From contig OX597834.1 in NCBI GenBank assembly GCA_951406725.2, forward strand, positions 31,868,001-31,932,000: a stretch of DNA of 64,000 nucleotides, read 5' to 3'. The notes beneath the pieces are model-generated. The model searched no databases. It saw only the letters and a list, made by a program, of their open reading frames with translations, and was not told the origin of the DNA. Origin of the DNA: Octopus vulgaris. Its lineage: Eukaryota. Of this stretch, positions 61,930 through 64,000 are shown piece by piece (positions within the stretch are counted from its first letter, which is position 1; every line of letters starts with the position of its first letter). The translations under genes were made by a program, and so were the position numbers.

Positions 61930-63608
61930 TATAATGTGATATAATGATATAATATAAGACGATATTATAATATAGTGTATCTGTGTCTGTGTGCATAGCT
62001 GTGATTGGTGTGCTTATTCATCTAAGCAATGAGAGTGTCAAGGCACAACTAAAATCAGTCCACTATCTTATGGCCATTTGTGTGCAGGGTCAAAGCACAC
62101 AAGTCTTCAGACTTCCAATAGCAACTGCTACCTGTCCCCATCACCTCTTTCCCTCTTGCCATTGGACGTATGAAGAACTTGTGGTGGTGGTGGTGTTGGT
62201 GCAGAACAAACTGCAAAATGAATATTATGATTATAGCTGAAATGGTTTGTGCAGAGTTTTGAGGTTCCCAGCCACAGGTTGATTAGTATGTCATGGAATG
62301 GAATTGCCTACAGAAGAAGGCCATTCACAGACACCACAATGGACCCAGAGAAGTTGAGGCTCTTCTGCCGCTCATCTGAGAGAAAATAACTTGCAAGTCC
62401 TTGACACGGTTTAATCAACTACATGCTTCAACTAATTTTTTTGGCCTTGGGCCTATGTAAGAAGCAATTATTATTATCATTATTATTATTATTATTGTTA
62501 TTATTATCATTATAATTATTTTTATCATCATCAAACATAAATACTGAGAGACAGTAACTTTGAAGTCTCCTAGAGAACGCCTAAACTTTGACGTTACATC
62601 CAAACTGTATTTCATCTAATAAAATATTTGTCCTTTTATTTTGTTTTTACAGTGAATAGCATCTACTGTTTATATTTACTTTAAAAACACCATCTGATAT
62701 GTGTATGTGTGTGTGTGTGTATGCATGTATATGAATGTATGCTTTTATGTCAAGTTGTACATGAAAACAATTCAACGTTAAACTGAAGAATTAATACTTT
62801 TTGGTAGAGTACATGTTTATAACAGTTTTACCAGAAAAGGGGGTAGCAGTGATTTCAAAGTTTTGTCCTAAAAGTGTTCATCAGACTATACTACACATAG
62901 GTTTCTTTTGGCTCTGTATAAGGTTTGGCAAGTGTAGTACAGTCTGATGAAGGCTAATAGTCTGAAACTATGAAGTTGCTGTCACTCCTCTTCGTGTGGA
63001 AGTTTTACATATATACATGTCTGTGTGTGTGTGCGAGTGTACACACACATATATATATGAGGGACAGAAAGAAAGAGAGAGAGAGAGAGGATTTGTGCAG
63101 AAGAAAAAGTATTTAGTAAGATAGTGGCTTTTAATATTTTTATTTGGGTTTTGTCAGTGTTTCATTTTTCTGAATTTTGTCAGTACATTCACAGTCATCA
63201 GGCAAGTAAAGATTCATAACTTACCCAATGACTTTGCGAGCATACAGGCAAAACTCCAGGGTTGTAAGGGACAGACTTAACCAAAATATGAATTAATATA
63301 GGCACAAATCATTCATCCAGACTGAACGGACAAAATACACTCACACACTCGCACATGCACACACACACATATACATTTACACATATACTTTTATCTTGAT
63401 ATTGAATACTCTGTTCTTTAATTTGGACAAGCTGTGCATCATTACTATATGTATGTGAATACAAATTTGTGCTAGCATGTGTGTGTATACATACATACAT
63501 ATATACATACATTTTCTTCTCAATGTATTTAAGCTACAACCACTAACAGTATACTCTAATGAATCTGAATGAATGGAACACTGCTTATGTAATGAGGTAC
63601 ATATTTAC

Positions 63609-63712
63609 ATCACCTGATGAGATACTGCTGTACCGGGATGCACCAAAATTGATTGTATAATTTCCCATCCATGAGGGAGCAATGCTAGATGTGTCAAAAC
63701 AATCGTTGTGAT
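63609..63712 (+). ncRNA. Decayed hammerhead-like motif
   Basis: atcac-CTGATGA-gatac...gtgtc-aAAAC-aatc-GTT-gtgat. The departures from consensus are all explainable as CpG transitions. Confidence 0.5.
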
Positions 63713-64000
63713 CCAGAAAGTCTCCCATATATTTCATTTCCCAGCTCTATTGCTTCTGTTATACATACATACACACATAAGTAACAAACTGGAAGAATAA
63801 AGAGTACTCAATACTGGAAGGTAGATAAACAGTTGTTTTTAATGCAACTTATGTTAATAATCAAGAACCCAAGGTTCCCTGCTGTATGACAAAAGTCAGC
63901 AAAAGTTTTTTGCGTTATAATTAAAATCACAAATGACAACTCCATCATTATAATTGATGATAGCTGAGTATCAGCTACTATTTCAATTCATGTTCAATAA

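Noticed and set aside
63150-63205. CTGATGA...GAAAC on the minus strand
   Set aside because: No convincing stem I, stem III or NUH site.

Overview
Eukaryotic, AT-rich, repeat-dense genomic DNA. The SINE and microsatellite landscape looks like a coleoid cephalopod (Octopus-like); this is an inference. Almost all ORFs in the supplied track are spurious (microsatellite or SINE translations). I can support three genes. (1) The last three coding exons (2001-2195, 3449-3595, 4957-5118, +) of a multi-pass membrane protein with remote TP53I11/PIG11-like motifs. (2) A complete 12-exon dipeptidyl peptidase 2 gene (DPP7/DPP II, peptidase S28; CDS 26731->6475 on -, 1458 nt, 485 aa). All splice phases are consistent, the Ser/Asp/His motifs are intact and there are CLEAR-like E-boxes upstream. 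(3) An intronless class A GPCR (57109-58077, +) resembling the insect dopamine/ecdysteroid receptor DopEcR, but with DHY in place of DRY. The rest is at least four SINE families, piggyBac-, hAT-, Tc1/mariner- and Merlin-like MITEs, non-autonomous Helitrons, foldbacks and simple repeats. Most notable observations: several Penelope-type minimal hammerhead-ribozyme folds (one with a G3-C8 swapped core, one inside a tRNA-headed element), most next to an inverted partial copy; an inverted intronic copy of the DPP7 intron4/exon5 junction that could pair inside the pre-mRNA; two further local pseudo-exon copies; a MITE whose two arms record a CpG-decay boundary; and a CpG-rich, YY1-motif patch inside DPP7 intron 10. 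All alignments and folds were done by eye.
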